Shown in pieces: positions 10,540 to 22,163 of a stretch of DNA of 64,000 nt. The notes below the pieces were generated by a model. It saw only the letters and a program-made list of their open reading frames with translations. It had not been told where the DNA came from and ran no database searches. Numbering within the stretch: position 1 is the first letter of the stretch; each line of letters starts with the position of its first letter. This DNA comes from Octopus bimaculoides (Eukaryota). The position numbers were made by a program, and so were the translations under genes. The stretch is from assembly GCF_001194135.2 (NCBI RefSeq), contig NC_068985.1, positions 34,035,429 through 34,099,428 of the forward strand, read 5' to 3'.

Positions 10540-12230
10540 GATCAAGGAAACACCCACCCAAAATGAAGGACCTTGAATTTTTTGAAGCAGACCTACTGGG
10601 CATCATTCCCAAGCTGAAATTCCATAAGTCCTCTTCCTCCTTCCAACACAAGCTTCGGGCTGACATTAGATTGTTAAAAAACTGAGATAGGTCCCTAATC
10701 TTCTCTGATAAGACGGAAAACTTATATAGGATAGACACCCAAGATTACAATAGACTACTAGAAAATAATATCACACAAAATTATAGGCGTGCTTCCCCAC
10801 ACACATATATAATGACATCGACTGTGAAACCAAAAAATTAGCTAATGAACTAGAGATGGCGGATAAGGTAGAGATCCTAGCTGAAAGAAACGCCTTCATT
10901 ACCATAAACCAATCTTGGCCTCAAACCCTAAATGCCACCTGATCAATCCAGCCAAATCTGAGATCAGTCTGTCGAGCAAGCACATATTGAGAAATATCAA
11001 TAATGACAAGGAGGGCCATTGACCTTTCTCTGTGGTGCAATACCAATGAAGTGACTGCATGGTTTAACACCAACAAGAGAAGAGGCAGAGCAAGGTTCAC
11101 CCAGTTTGATATAGTTGACTTTTACACGTCTATATTAAAAGGACTACTGGCCAGGGCACTTTCTTTCACTAGGGGCTTCACTAACATTAGCAACAGAGAT
11201 ATAGAAGTCATTATGAATGCCAGAAAGACAGTACTGTTCAACAAAGGTTCAGCATGGGTCAAGCAATTCAACATCACAGGCTCCTTTGATGTAGCAATGG
11301 GAGCCTACAAAAGCAATGATGTAGGCAACCTCATCGTGTTATATATCCTCGATACTCTTAGGAAAAAATTTCCCTCTGTCCTCATTGGCCTCTACAGAGA
11401 TGACACCTTGGCCATCTCTAAGGGGTACAAGTGGTCATACACTAGATAGACTTAGAAAAGATCTAAGCCGCATGCTTGCCTCCATGGGACTCAAAATCAC
11501 CAAAGAGACCAACCTCACAACTGCAGACTTCTTAGACATGCTTGACTTGGGTTCCGGTACATACAAGCCCTGCCACAAGTCAAACAAGAGGCTAACATAC
11601 ATCAGCACAGCCTCCTGCCATCCAGCCATTGTGTTCAAAAACCTGGTAAAGGGTGTTAGCAAGAGAATCATGAATGTTTCCTCCAACCAAGAAATTTTTG
11701 ATGCTGTGACCCTGTAATATAATGAGGCCCTAGCTATCAGCGGATTAAGGGACCACATCTCCTACATGCCAGAACCCAACAACCACAGAAGGAAGTGCCA
11801 CAGAAATACCATTTAGTTTTCCCCCGCTTTCTCTCTTAATAGACAAATGCTCGTGGGTAGAGTATTCCTTAAATTAATTGATAAGCATTTCTCTAGCTCC
11901 CATAGGTATGGGCCCATTTTCAACAGGCATATGTGAGAGTCTCATTTAGCTGTGCCCCGCAATATTATGAGCATCCTAGTTAGCATCCCTAAGCTACAGG
12001 AAGAGGCAGGGTGTTCATGCAGGGACTGCAACAGATGCCTGGTGGGAGGACACTGCGAAAACAAAGTGGTCGTCTATGAAACCGAAGTACTAGCAAACCC
12101 TGGTAATAACACCAGTAGAAGCAGTAGGAACCATAGACATGAGAAGAGAACCAGCAACAGCGCCACCATTGCCACTGTTAACAACAGTAGCTGGGAAAAG
12201 GTTTATGACAATCGATTCACAGAAAACTGA
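10540..12230 (+). mobile_element. Penelope-like element, RT + start of GIY-YIG, frameshifted
   Basis: SDKTENLYRID; RFTQFDIVDFYTSI (motif A); FDVAMGAY (motif B); GLYRDDTLAI (motif C); TADFLDMLDLGSGTYKP; CSCRDCNRCLVGGHCENKVVVYETEV. Confidence 0.9.
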
Positions 12231-12319
12231 GAAATCCTAAATTTCACTCCTAAGCTATTAGCATGGTTCTGGATGTGTGTGTATATATACAGATACACAC
12301 ACACATATATATATATATA

Positions 12320-12757
12320 GGCGCAGGCGTGGCTGCATAGGCACAGGCTGTGTGGTAAGAAGCTTGATTCCCAACCACATGGTTCCAGGTTCAGTCCTGC
12401 TGCGTGGTACCTTGGGTGGGTGTCTTCTACTATAGCCTTGGGCTGACCAAAGCCTTGTGAGTGGATTTAGCAGGCAGAAACTGAAAGAAGTCTGTTGTAT
12501 ATATGTGTGTGTGTGTGTGTGTATATATTTGTGTGTATATGTATATGTTTTATGCCTGTGTTTGTCCCCTACCATCGCTTGACAACTGATGTTGGTGTGT
12601 TTATGTCCCCGTAACATAGCAATTTGGCAAAAGAGAGCGATAGAATAAGTACAAGGCTTACAAAGAATAAGTCCAGGGGTTAATTCATTCGACTAAAGGT
12701 GGTGCTCCAGCATGGTCGCAGTCAAATGACTAAAAACAGTAAAAGAATAAAAGAATA
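12320..12757 (+). mobile_element. tRNA-derived SINE, family A, near full length
   Basis: A/B-box head (GGCTGTGTGGTAAG...GGTTCAGTCC), CCTTGGG..GTGTCTT core, internal CA/TA microsatellite and GTAAAAGAATAAAAGAATA tail. Confidence 0.88.
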
Positions 12758-13073
12758 CATATATACATATATATGAATCATTATCATCGGATAGGATCCA
12801 ATAGGTTAGAAGACTATGTCTTTCTCTAATGTGTTAGTTTTTTTTTTATGGCTGTATGTCCTTGCTATAGCCAGCTACTTCATAGCATGTACCAGCATTA
12901 CGAAGGTTCATAAAGCATCATTAGAGACAGACTCAATGAACCTGACAATCATATGCTGTCAAATTATATATATATATAGACTGTCAAATTTATATATATA
13001 TATATTAATCGATATTAATTAATATATGATTTTTTGCCATTTTTTAATAATAATAATAATATACATATATATA

Positions 13074-13266
13074 NNNNNNNNNNNNNNNNNNNNNNNNNNN
13101 NNNNNNNNNNNNNNNNNNNNNNNNNNNNNNNNNNNNNNNNNNNNNNNNNNNNNNNNNNNNNNNNNNNNNNNNNNNNNNNNNNNNNNNNNNNNNNNNNNNN
13201 NNNNNNNNNNNNNNNNNNNNNNNNNNNNNNNNNNNNNNNNNNNNNNNNNNNNNNNNNNNNNNNNNN
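13074..13266. other. Assembly gap
   Basis: N run. Confidence 1.
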
Positions 13267-13340
13267 ATACTTTATTCCTACATATGTTTCAAAGGATTAC
13301 GTATATTTCAAAACATTACGTTTAAGATGATTCCGATGCT

Positions 13341-13424
13341 TTCCCTGATGAGAAGGTTACAATTTTAATATCAAAGATCCCTATGGATCACACAGGTTGT
13401 AATCCTTTGAAACATATGTAGGAA
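13341..13424 (+). ncRNA. Type I hammerhead ribozyme with long branched stem II
   Basis: TTCC-CTGATGA-GAAGGTTACAA...TTGTAATCCTTT-GAAACATATGTA^GGAA. Core is intact, stem III is the palindrome ACATATGT, and an inner hairpin GATCC ctat GGATC is present. Confidence 0.8.
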
Positions 13425-13468
13425 TAAAGTATGCAATTATAACATGTGTTTTCTCCAATCCTTAAATT

Positions 13469-13511
<43 letters not shown>

Positions 13512-13512
<1 letters not shown>

Positions 13513-14030
13513 TAAGGTCTGAGCAAACGTATCATGACTGAGTAAAAGTATGCAGAGGGAATCCACTTGGCCTAGAGAGATCTTCAACTCTGTCATACAT
13601 GCAAACTAAGTTATAATGTTCTCTCTCACTTCTGTTATTTATAGCAGTGCTTGCAAGTAAGGTGTGTAGAATGTGATCATCCCAAAAAGAAGATTGGGTT
13701 TCAGGTTTGCAGGATCTCATTGATTGTGTAGAGGATGATGTTTGAAAACTGTCATAATAGGTGACATATCATAGGTATGACCCTGAAACTAAGGCTTGAA
13801 AGGAAAAAAATTTCAAGACATCAAGGAAATCCAAGAGAATGGGACAAGGCAGCAGTGCGCTATCCCAAAACAGGAGTTAGAGGAATGCTTCCAACGAGGG
13901 AAATGATGGTGGATAAAATATGGGGCATCAGAAGGGAACTTCTTTCAAGAAAATTAAATGCTGAATTGACATGTGTTGTAATTTGCTTTGTATAGCAACA
14001 GGCCCAATACTTATTGAATCAGACCTTGTA
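13512..14030 (+). mobile_element. Internally deleted mariner
   Basis: Imperfect TIRs (ATAAGGTCTGAGCAAACGTAT / ATACTTATTGAATCAGACCTTGTA). Remnants KTVIIGD..RYDPETK are fused to LKGKKFQDIKEIQ...ECFQ. Confidence 0.7.
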
Positions 14031-14211
14031 TATATCTGACATGTGGCACATGGTGCACCTGTACAGGTAATGTCAATTTGATGGAGGGAGTGAGCTTATG
14101 TGTTTACAAATATTTGATCACTATAAATAAATCATCTGTGTGGTTGTTTGGTAAGAAATTGCTGAACCCTCATGTCTAACGATGGGAGAGTCCATGATAC
14201 ACACACACATA

Positions 14212-14460
14212 CATATCATCTTCATAATCATTTAATGTCCCATTTTCCATGTTGGCATGGGTCAGACAGTTCAACAGGAAATGACAAGCCAGAGCAGAGG
14301 CTGCACTGACCCCCCCCCCCCNNNNNNNNNNNNNNNNNNNNNNNNNNNNNNNNNCACCGTGTCTGCTTTGGCATGGTTTCTGCAGCTGAATGCCTTTCCT
14401 AATGCCAACCACTTTCCAAAGTGTACTGAGTGGTTTTCTTCATGCTACCAGCACTAGTGA
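14212..14460 (-). mobile_element. RTE-type LINE 3' tail
   Basis: Reverse complement of GGTTGGCATTAGGAAAGGCATTCAGCTG...CCCATGCCAACATGGAAAATGGGACATTAAATGAT plus (ATG)n. Confidence 0.75.
14322..14354. other. Assembly gap
   Basis: N run after poly-C. Confidence 1.
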
Positions 14461-14652
14461 GGTAATCAAGTACTCACAAATCAAGATCCTTCAACTGAAT
14501 TGGATATAGCATTGAAGAATGTCAAAGCATGATAGAGAAACAGAACATGCGCACATGTATAATATATCATCGTCATCATCATCTAACATCCTTTTTTCAT
14601 GCTAGCATGAGTTGGACATACACATGTGCATGTGCGTATATATATATCTATA

Positions 14653-14684
<32 letters not shown>

Positions 14685-14686
<2 letters not shown>

Positions 14687-15342
14687 GACTGGGCATGTAA
14701 TTAGAATGAAGGATGATCGTTTGCCGAAGCTGGTGAGCGACTGCGGCAGAAACCGAGAAAGAGGTATAAAGATTGCATTAAACAAAACCTAAAAAAACTA
14801 GATATGTATGAAAGGGATTGGGAAGGAGATGTTCTGGATTGAAGCAAGTGGAGAGCTGTTGTCAGGACGAGCTGTGATGTCTGGGAGGAAAAGATGTTTC
14901 AGCAACTTGAGCTTAAGCGGGCCTGTCGAAAGGGAAAAATTGTAAACAATGGAGAGTATAGGATGTGTATTGTGTGTGATCGCGTTCTTCTGTCAAAAGC
15001 AGGATATGTGAATCACATGAAAACACATGAGGGTAGAAATTCCAGACACCCTAAATACCAACCGCCTTCTGCGACCTGTGGCATATGTCACAAGGTTTGT
15101 AAAACAATACCCGGACTTAAGAGACATATGCTGGTTCACAGAAGCGTTTCCTTAGAATCAGATACCAGCGGGCAAGGATCGAGAGGCCTGAACATTTGTC
15201 ATCTGTGCTGTAGACCTTGTCACTCAGCAGCCGGACTTCAAAGTCACTTGAGGGCTCACCAACGGAGTGATTGTACTGCGTGCTGATGTGTGTGGATTGT
15301 TGATGGGATGGCTATCGTCTGTCAAGATAGGGCAGTCATCAT
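14685..15342 (+). mobile_element. RTE (BovB-like) LINE 3' end
   Basis: WTGHVIRMKDDRLPKLV, RYKDCIKQNLKK and KWRAVVR, then a C2H2-containing C-terminus and a short 3' UTR ending GGCAGTCATCAT. Confidence 0.85.
14894..15286 (+). CDS. LINE ORF2 C-terminal segment with three C2H2 zinc fingers (fragment)
   Basis: Three C-X2-C-X12-H-X3-H motifs: CIVC..HMKTH, CGIC..HMLVH and CHLC..HLRAH. Confidence 0.8.
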   Translation: MFQQLELKRACRKGKIVNNGEYRMCIVCDRVLLSKAGYVNHMKTHEGRNSRHPKYQPPSATCGICHKVCKTIPGLKRHMLVHRSVSLESDTSGQGSRGLNICHLCCRPCHSAAGLQSHLRAHQRSDCTAC

Positions 15343-15343
15343 G

Positions 15344-15380
<37 letters not shown>

Positions 15381-17364
15381 GTATATGTCAAAATTGTGAT
15401 GATACTTGGTCAACAGCTGATGAAAGTTTGAGCTTATCTGTGTCCCTTGTGTCTGTCTTTTTCTGCTTTTCTGTAAATTGCTTTTTCCCTTCTCCTGTGC
15501 CACATTTTGCTTATACACATATTTTTATACACATATAAATATCCTCATCATCATCATTTAATGTTTGTGTTCCATGCTGGCATAAGTCATATGGTTTGAC
15601 AATTATACACCTACTTTACTAATTACGTTTCCTAGGTAACATAAGATATCAATTCCTGGCATTCAAGAGCATCTATTTCTGCATTGCAACAGTCACATAC
15701 AAAGCTTATATTTTCTGCTAGTCTGCCTTTGATTCCATTACATCTGTTGTGTCCATGGCTTACATTGGGTATAGGATATGGAGTTTATACTTACTCCTTT
15801 TCTGCATATTGAGGAAGGTCATTTTCCTGAATGAGCCAGGTTCCTGTCTGTTTTCCTACTTACAATTGCAAGTAATGGGGTTGCTGGCTAGTCCTTGAAT
15901 TAGACAAACTTTGTTTAGATTACTTTTTCTAGGTCCTTCCTAAGTAAAAGGTAAATAGTGTTACGCTTAGAAAGGGCTACTCAGTCATTGGTGGCTCTGA
16001 ATCTTTTCATTGATATAATTTGTTGAAAGTAACAAATATCTTAAGTGCGGTATGAGCAGGTTTGCAATTACTTATAGTAGGTCAAGTGCGAATGATTTGT
16101 GTTTCACTATTCCCCCATTGCCACAGCACTTTATTAGAGACCAATAATATTTCTCAACTTTTTATGCATGAAAAGTGAGTGATGTGTGCACACACTCACT
16201 TTTCAGATAGAACATCTTTCTTCCCGATAGTCTATCATTGGGTAGGACAACAGGAAGCTGAGCAATCTTCAGGATTTATATCAGAGTAAGTTTCTTAAAT
16301 GTTCTAACATATCTAGAGGCCCATCACTCTGAAGTGCTCTTATGGTGAGCTTGTTCACCACCATATGTCTCCATGTACCATATTATTTCATGGGCATTGA
16401 CTCGCTTGAGTTCCATTGCCTTTTTACCAGTTAATTTTCATTCATTATCCTACTCACCAAGCAAGCTTGGTTGGGTTGAGCAACTGATGAATGTGGTGTG
16501 ATGTTGTGTGTGTGTGTATGCGCGTGCGTGCACGTTTGCATGTCTTGCTTTTAGTATTTGGTTTTTGTTTGTATTTAAGTTACAGCTTCCATAAATAATT
16601 TATCAAATTTTATATATTCAGAAAAATGATTTCTAACAGGATAAGATCTTTGGGATCTAGTTTTTTTCATTTGCAATATATGCATTTTTTTTTTAGAAGA
16701 CAGTAAAAAATCTGAAAATTGGCTATAATAATCTTCCAGTCTAATTGCTATGAAGGTATGATGTTGTGGAGAAAAAATTGGAGGAAAAAGTTACAGAGGT
16801 TTAAAAATTGAAAAATTGTGTATTTTTAGCCAATAGTGAGACAGAAATTTTCTGTTTAGCGGAGCAGTGTCAACTTTAAGGTTGTACCCTGTGAAATTTA
16901 TAGTTTAGTGTGAAATTACCTCTTTATTGTAGGTTTCTAAATAAACAGAAATACCTAATAAAATCAACATGTATCATCTCACTGTTTCTTTTGTCTCTTC
17001 ATTGGTTGTATGTTTTTATTATTTTTTAAAAATTTGTTATATTAATATATTTGTCTGCATGTGTTTACTTTATATGTATTTCAGTATTATGTATACCTGT
17101 CATGTATTTATGTACATCATTAAGATACAAGTTCATGTGCGTGTGAAAAGGAGGCGTCTGTCTCCGAAACTTCAAAATTGAGTAACGTTTTCATGTTTGC
17201 ATTTGTAAACTATGATAAGAATAACACTTTTTGTAAATGACCATGCAAAGGAGAGGTGATGAGAATGGCTCCTTTAGTACATCACATGGTCGATACAATA
17301 AAATATGAAATGGATAAATGAGTATAAGTGCCAGAAGGAAAAGAAAGACACAACTGGGGTAGAA

Positions 17365-18132
17365 TGTTTAAGAGAAGATTTTATTGATAGGTTAACATGT
17401 GTGTCTGTGTGTGTGTGTTAAATACAGAGCATTGAAAGAGTCTATAATATGATATTAGAAGAATGTTCAGACACAAGGATGATAAATACCAGTTCGTAGT
17501 CAAGGTACATGATAGTTGAAATGCTGTATCAAGAAGTTGTAGCTGCAATGCAGAGCCGGTTGAGGCACATGTATAAGAAGTTGTGGCTATGATGCAGAGC
17601 CGGTCACTTGTTACAGGAGTTCTCACAGGTCGTATTTGCTGCTAACCATGGTGAAGTAATTCACAAACAGTGTTGAGATAGAACCTATGCGAGTATTGCT
17701 GGTTGCTGTGTACGTAGAGAGATGATGTTGACGCTGTTAAGAAGATGGAGGCGACGAAGATAGAGATCGCCGTATACTGTTGGATAAGTGTTGATGAGTC
17801 TCCATGTGGCTGCTGTTGTGTCATCGCTGGAACTGGCTGTGTCCTGTGTGGTCAGTGGCTAGACCACAAAAAGTCTGGAACCAAAAGACATGAAGATGGT
17901 GTGAAGCTAGCATTTTATATGGTGCAGTCGGCGTAAACTGAGGTTTAGAAGAGACTTCTCACGTGACCTTATCTGAAGGCTGTGATTGGTTGGGTTGCAT
18001 ATTGGTGTGCAATAGAGCAAGAGACAAATTGTGCCAATACCAACCAATCAGAGTAGTGGACACAACAGGGTGCAAAAGGGCGGCCGAAGGCTAGCTGTTA
18101 TCTACTACGTCCGTATTTATGTATATATAACA
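17365..18132 (-). mobile_element. Solo LTR (BEL/Pao-like termini)
   Basis: TGTT...AACA termini, 768 bp. On the minus strand: CCAAT boxes, TATAAAA at 17919-17913, and AATAAA at 17385-17380 about 15 nt from the end. Flanks TAGAA and GAGAG match only 3/5. Confidence 0.65.
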
Positions 18133-19020
18133 GAGAGAGAGGAATTTTTCCCTCAAGTCGTATGCTACACACTGGTCAACAAAAAATTTGTCCCAAGGAA
18201 AGAATACCTGCATCTTATGTTTTTGCATGCAGAATTAAAAAATAATGTCAAATTATCTGTACTAAGTTCACATATTCCATTCACCTTCATAATACCAAGA
18301 AACTGTATAAACATTGCAAACAACTTTTGCTATATATGAAAAATATGTAAAATATTAAGACAATATAAATTTTTATTAAAACAAAACACGCAGGTGAAGT
18401 AAATCTCATGGTATGAAGAATCAACACATGCAAATGAAACACAATGTATGGTTGTCATAGTGACAAATTGTTAATGCCTCGCTCTCTGTTGATTGGCTAA
18501 AATTATCCAAATTTCCCAACATTAATTCCAAATAACATCAGATTCTGTAATTTACAAGATAAAGTAATTGATTGATCGTAATAAAAATTCAGAGTTGAAT
18601 TGATACACCAAAATTGAAAGCTATCTGAGCAAAATTAAAGGGGGCTCATTTTGCAAATGAGAAAGAATTTGTACACACGAGCAATTCAGTAAAGACGGTA
18701 TGATATCCTCGAAAAAAAAAAGCATGAATATCACATGAACGCATTTAACGGAATAACTTTATTTTCCTTTCCTAACAAATCAACACCTGCACACACTTTT
18801 TGCGATTCGTAAAGATGGAAACAAGATGCTGAAATGTAAGAGGCTAATGCAATCAGGTGCAATAACATTGGATTTAATTCCCTTTTATTTTAACTCTGAT
18901 TCTAATTTTCCAGTCAAATATATTACTGTTTTTAAAAATATCTAGCTCGTTGAGTTAGAAAAATCAACTATATTCATTTATGAAATAATATATTATTTTC
19001 GTCTGTTTCTTTTATTTTTT

Positions 19021-20006
19021 GGATCTTTTCCCTTTGAATGGCACATTGAGAAATTAATTTTTTGTAACTAAACACTTTCAAACTTGGGACACTGGTAGAA
19101 TGTGTCATATAAAACATCTTTTACTCTTAGTGTTGTTGAGAAAAGTTTATATTTTTAAAGTTATTTCGTGTTAAAGTTGTCGTATTTTGGTAATTTCAAC
19201 CAATCAATGACGTGTATTCAGCTGAATAAAATTACTGCCGTTGTTTGTCAATAACAACTATTGGCGGTGTATATTTCGTTTGTCACTGTTATTTATGACA
19301 TTGTTCGTGCATTTGTACTGGTTTTAGCTTTAAGGTTTTAGGGTTAGGGTTTTAGTGTCAGGGTTAGGGATAGGGTTTCCGAGTTAGGGTTAGGGTTCAG
19401 GTTTTAGGCTCAGGGATCGTGTTTTAGAGTTAGGGATCGTGTTTTAGAGTTAGGGTTAGGGTTTTAGGGTTAGGGGTAAGATTTTAGGGTTACAGTTAGG
19501 GTTGGGGTTAGGGTTGGGATTTTAGGGTTAGAGTTACGGAAAAATGTGACAAATGAAGAAATTGGCGGGGTAGGGGGGCAAAAATGTCTTTCCCAAAATA
19601 GCTGAAAAACAGGGGAAAAAATACTAAAAGCAGTAGAAATGCACGAGGGATTGTGGTGGTGCCATGAAGAAAACATGCTTCAGATACACTCGTTTATTCA
19701 TACAAACGTAACTGAGATGAAATATGTCATAAATAACAGTGACAAACGAAATATACACCGCCGATAGTTGTTGTTGACAAACAACAGCAGTAATTATTTT
19801 CACCTCAATAGACGTCATTGATTGGTTGAAATTACCGAAATACAACTTTAACACGAAATAACATCGAAAATACACAATTTTTTCAAAAAACGCCAAGAGT
19901 AAATGATGTTTTTTAATGTGACACATTCTACCAGTATTCGAATTTTGAAAGTGTTTAGTTACAAAAAATTATTTTTTAAATGTGCCGGCCAAAGAAAAAA
20001 AGATCC
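19021..20006. mobile_element. GGATC...GATCC fold-back transposon with TTAGGG array, copy 1 (Merlin-like non-autonomous)
   Basis: Long imperfect inverted arms (~300 bp). 8-bp TSD TATTTTTT at 19013-19020 and 20007-20014. Degenerate (TTAGGG)n at ~19338-19536. Confidence 0.85.
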
Positions 20007-20039
20007 TATTTTTTTTACTATTCAAATAATAAAAAAAAA

Positions 20040-20208
20040 TTATGTATTTATTGAGTTAAAATTCAAGGCAATAGAATTTTACATATAAAATATAACCTAC
20101 ATAAATATTTTTAAAAATAGAAAATATACTTTGAGAAAGAGTAAAAAAATAAGAGAATAGCTCTTTTTTTGATTTAGCGAATTTAGAACCATAGAACCAT
20201 ATGAAGAT
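20040..20208 (-). repeat. Unclassified ~170-bp interspersed repeat (copy 2)
   Basis: Reverse complement of 10337-10510. Confidence 0.8.
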
Positions 20209-20924
20209 ACGAGATCTGTCTCTTGCAACCCCCTCTCTAACTCGTTTCCTACACATGCTATCTAATCAAATAACGTTCGCTAAATTATTTCTCCTGTTGT
20301 GACTTTCCTTTCGAGTTTTGAATTATGTTCTCACTGTCTTTCTTTCTTTCCGTCTTTCTTATTGCCTTGTTTTTATCTTTTCTTTCACTCTTGCCTATAT
20401 CGATCTCTCCGCCCTCTCCCTTGAAAAAAAACTTTTATGTTTCATTCCATTTAGTTTTGTATGATTTTTAATAAAAAATCTTTTTCAGTTTGATTTTGGA
20501 ATTATTCCGTGAACAAGCCAATTTTTAGATCGAGTTTCCTAATTACACCATTAAATGGCTTTTTCCTTCTATTCCCATGTACCCGTTTTCTTCGTCAGCA
20601 TGATACAGTATCCTCCATTAGTCAAACGTATTAATTTTCATCTAATTTTATACACCTTTCATTTTGTTAAAGTAATGAAATAATATTAGTTGTTCATTTA
20701 TACTTCTGTGCCATGAGGTCACTTACACAGAAAAAGTCTTCAATTTGTAGAATTAACAGCAAACTCAGAGTATCTAACCTTTTATCCTGTAAATGCGTGT
20801 ATCATTTTTTCATTGTTAAAAGTATTTTTATTCTAACAATTAGATTAGAAGTGTTGAATGTAGGTATGGCGACACAGTTAAAAAAATTTGCTTCGCAATT
20901 CTGCGGTTTCTGGTTCAGTCTCGC

Positions 20925-21484
20925 GGATCTTTTTTAAAACGGGGGCCACATTTTTCATTACTGCTTTACGTAGTGTTTTTGGTATCGAAAGATTTTCAAA
21001 CTTCGTATACTTATCTATTTTGTGTTATAGAACAGAAAAATATTTTTGTATTCGAATTTATTTCATGTAAAAAATTGTCTTATTTCGATAATTTCAACCA
21101 ATCACTGACGTCCATTCAGCCGATATACATTAAGTGCCGACTACATAAACAAACGATTCTTCGTTTTATTTGCTTTTTTCATTTTAAATTTGCTTTAACC
21201 CTAACCCTAACTCTAACCCTAACCCTAGGGTTAGGGTTAGGGTTAATTGTTTCAGAATCGTTTGTTTATGTAGTCGGCACTTAATGTATATCGGCTGAAT
21301 GGACGTCAGTGATTGGTTGAAATTACAGAAATACGACAACTTTAACATGGAATAATTTATGGATTTCTTTTTTTTTAAAGAAGACTAAGAGAAAAAGATG
21401 TTTTATATGACACATTCTACCAGTGTTCCAAGTTTCAAAGTGTTTCGTTAATGAAAAATGTGGCCCCCGTTTTAAAAAAGATCC
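20925..21484. mobile_element. GGATC...GATCC fold-back transposon, copy 2
   Basis: TIR GGATCTTTTTTAAAACGGGGGCCACATTTTTCATT. Perfect 8-bp TSD AGTCTCGC at 20917-20924 and 21485-21492. Central (CCCTAA)n-(TTAGGG)n. Confidence 0.9.
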
Positions 21485-21934
21485 AGTCTCGCTAAGACAA
21501 CTTACACAAATGTCTTTTACTACATTCTTGGATTCACCCAACTTAGAAATCGTAGGGGAACTGGTCGAATGGTCCATGTCTTACGCTCATGCTGATTCTG
21601 CCCTGTGATTTACATGTCTGTGGAATAGTCAACCACTTACACGCTAATTTAGTTAATCGTCAAAACCGACAGAGGATTCATTAAAACTAAAAATTTAAGA
21701 CAAAAAAAAAGAAAATTGATTTAAAAAAAAATAAAACTATAAAAAGAACAGAAAGTTATGACATGATGCCTTACATCAAATGGCAGTCATGAATTATTTA
21801 ACAAAAAAAAAACAAAAAACTATACAGAAATAATTGAACTTACTTTCTTTAAAAACTCAAACTATTATTTATAGGTTTATGCTTGAAAAAAAGTTGAAAT
21901 TCTTTCGATATCTATGCAAAATAATGATTTATTT

Positions 21935-22155
21935 TATTGGGTTGGCAGAATCGTTAGCGCGTCGGACGAAATCTTTAACGGCATTTCTAACGGCGCTTTA
22001 TGTTCTGAGTTTAAATTCTACAGAGGTTGATTTTGCTTGTCTGCCATCTTTTTGTGGGGGTCGATAAAATAAATGTCAGTCAAGTATTGAGGTCGATGTA
22101 ATCGACTTGTCCCCTTCCCTCAAATTGCTGGCCTTGAGCCAAAATTAGAAAGAAT
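21935..22155 (+). mobile_element. SINE family B
   Basis: GGCAGAATCGTTAGC head, GAGTTTAAATTC box and GGTCGATAAAATAA core. Confidence 0.85.
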
Positions 22156-22163
22156 ACTCATCG

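Noticed and set aside
16575-16879. Kolobok-like MITE ending GTCAACTTTAA, with related sequence at ~31525-31790
   Set aside because: The matching left terminus and TTAA TSD could not be established by eye.
21196-21245. Ancestral chromosome end-to-end fusion site
   Set aside because: The inverted telomeric repeats are short and sit inside a transposon bounded by TIRs and a TSD.
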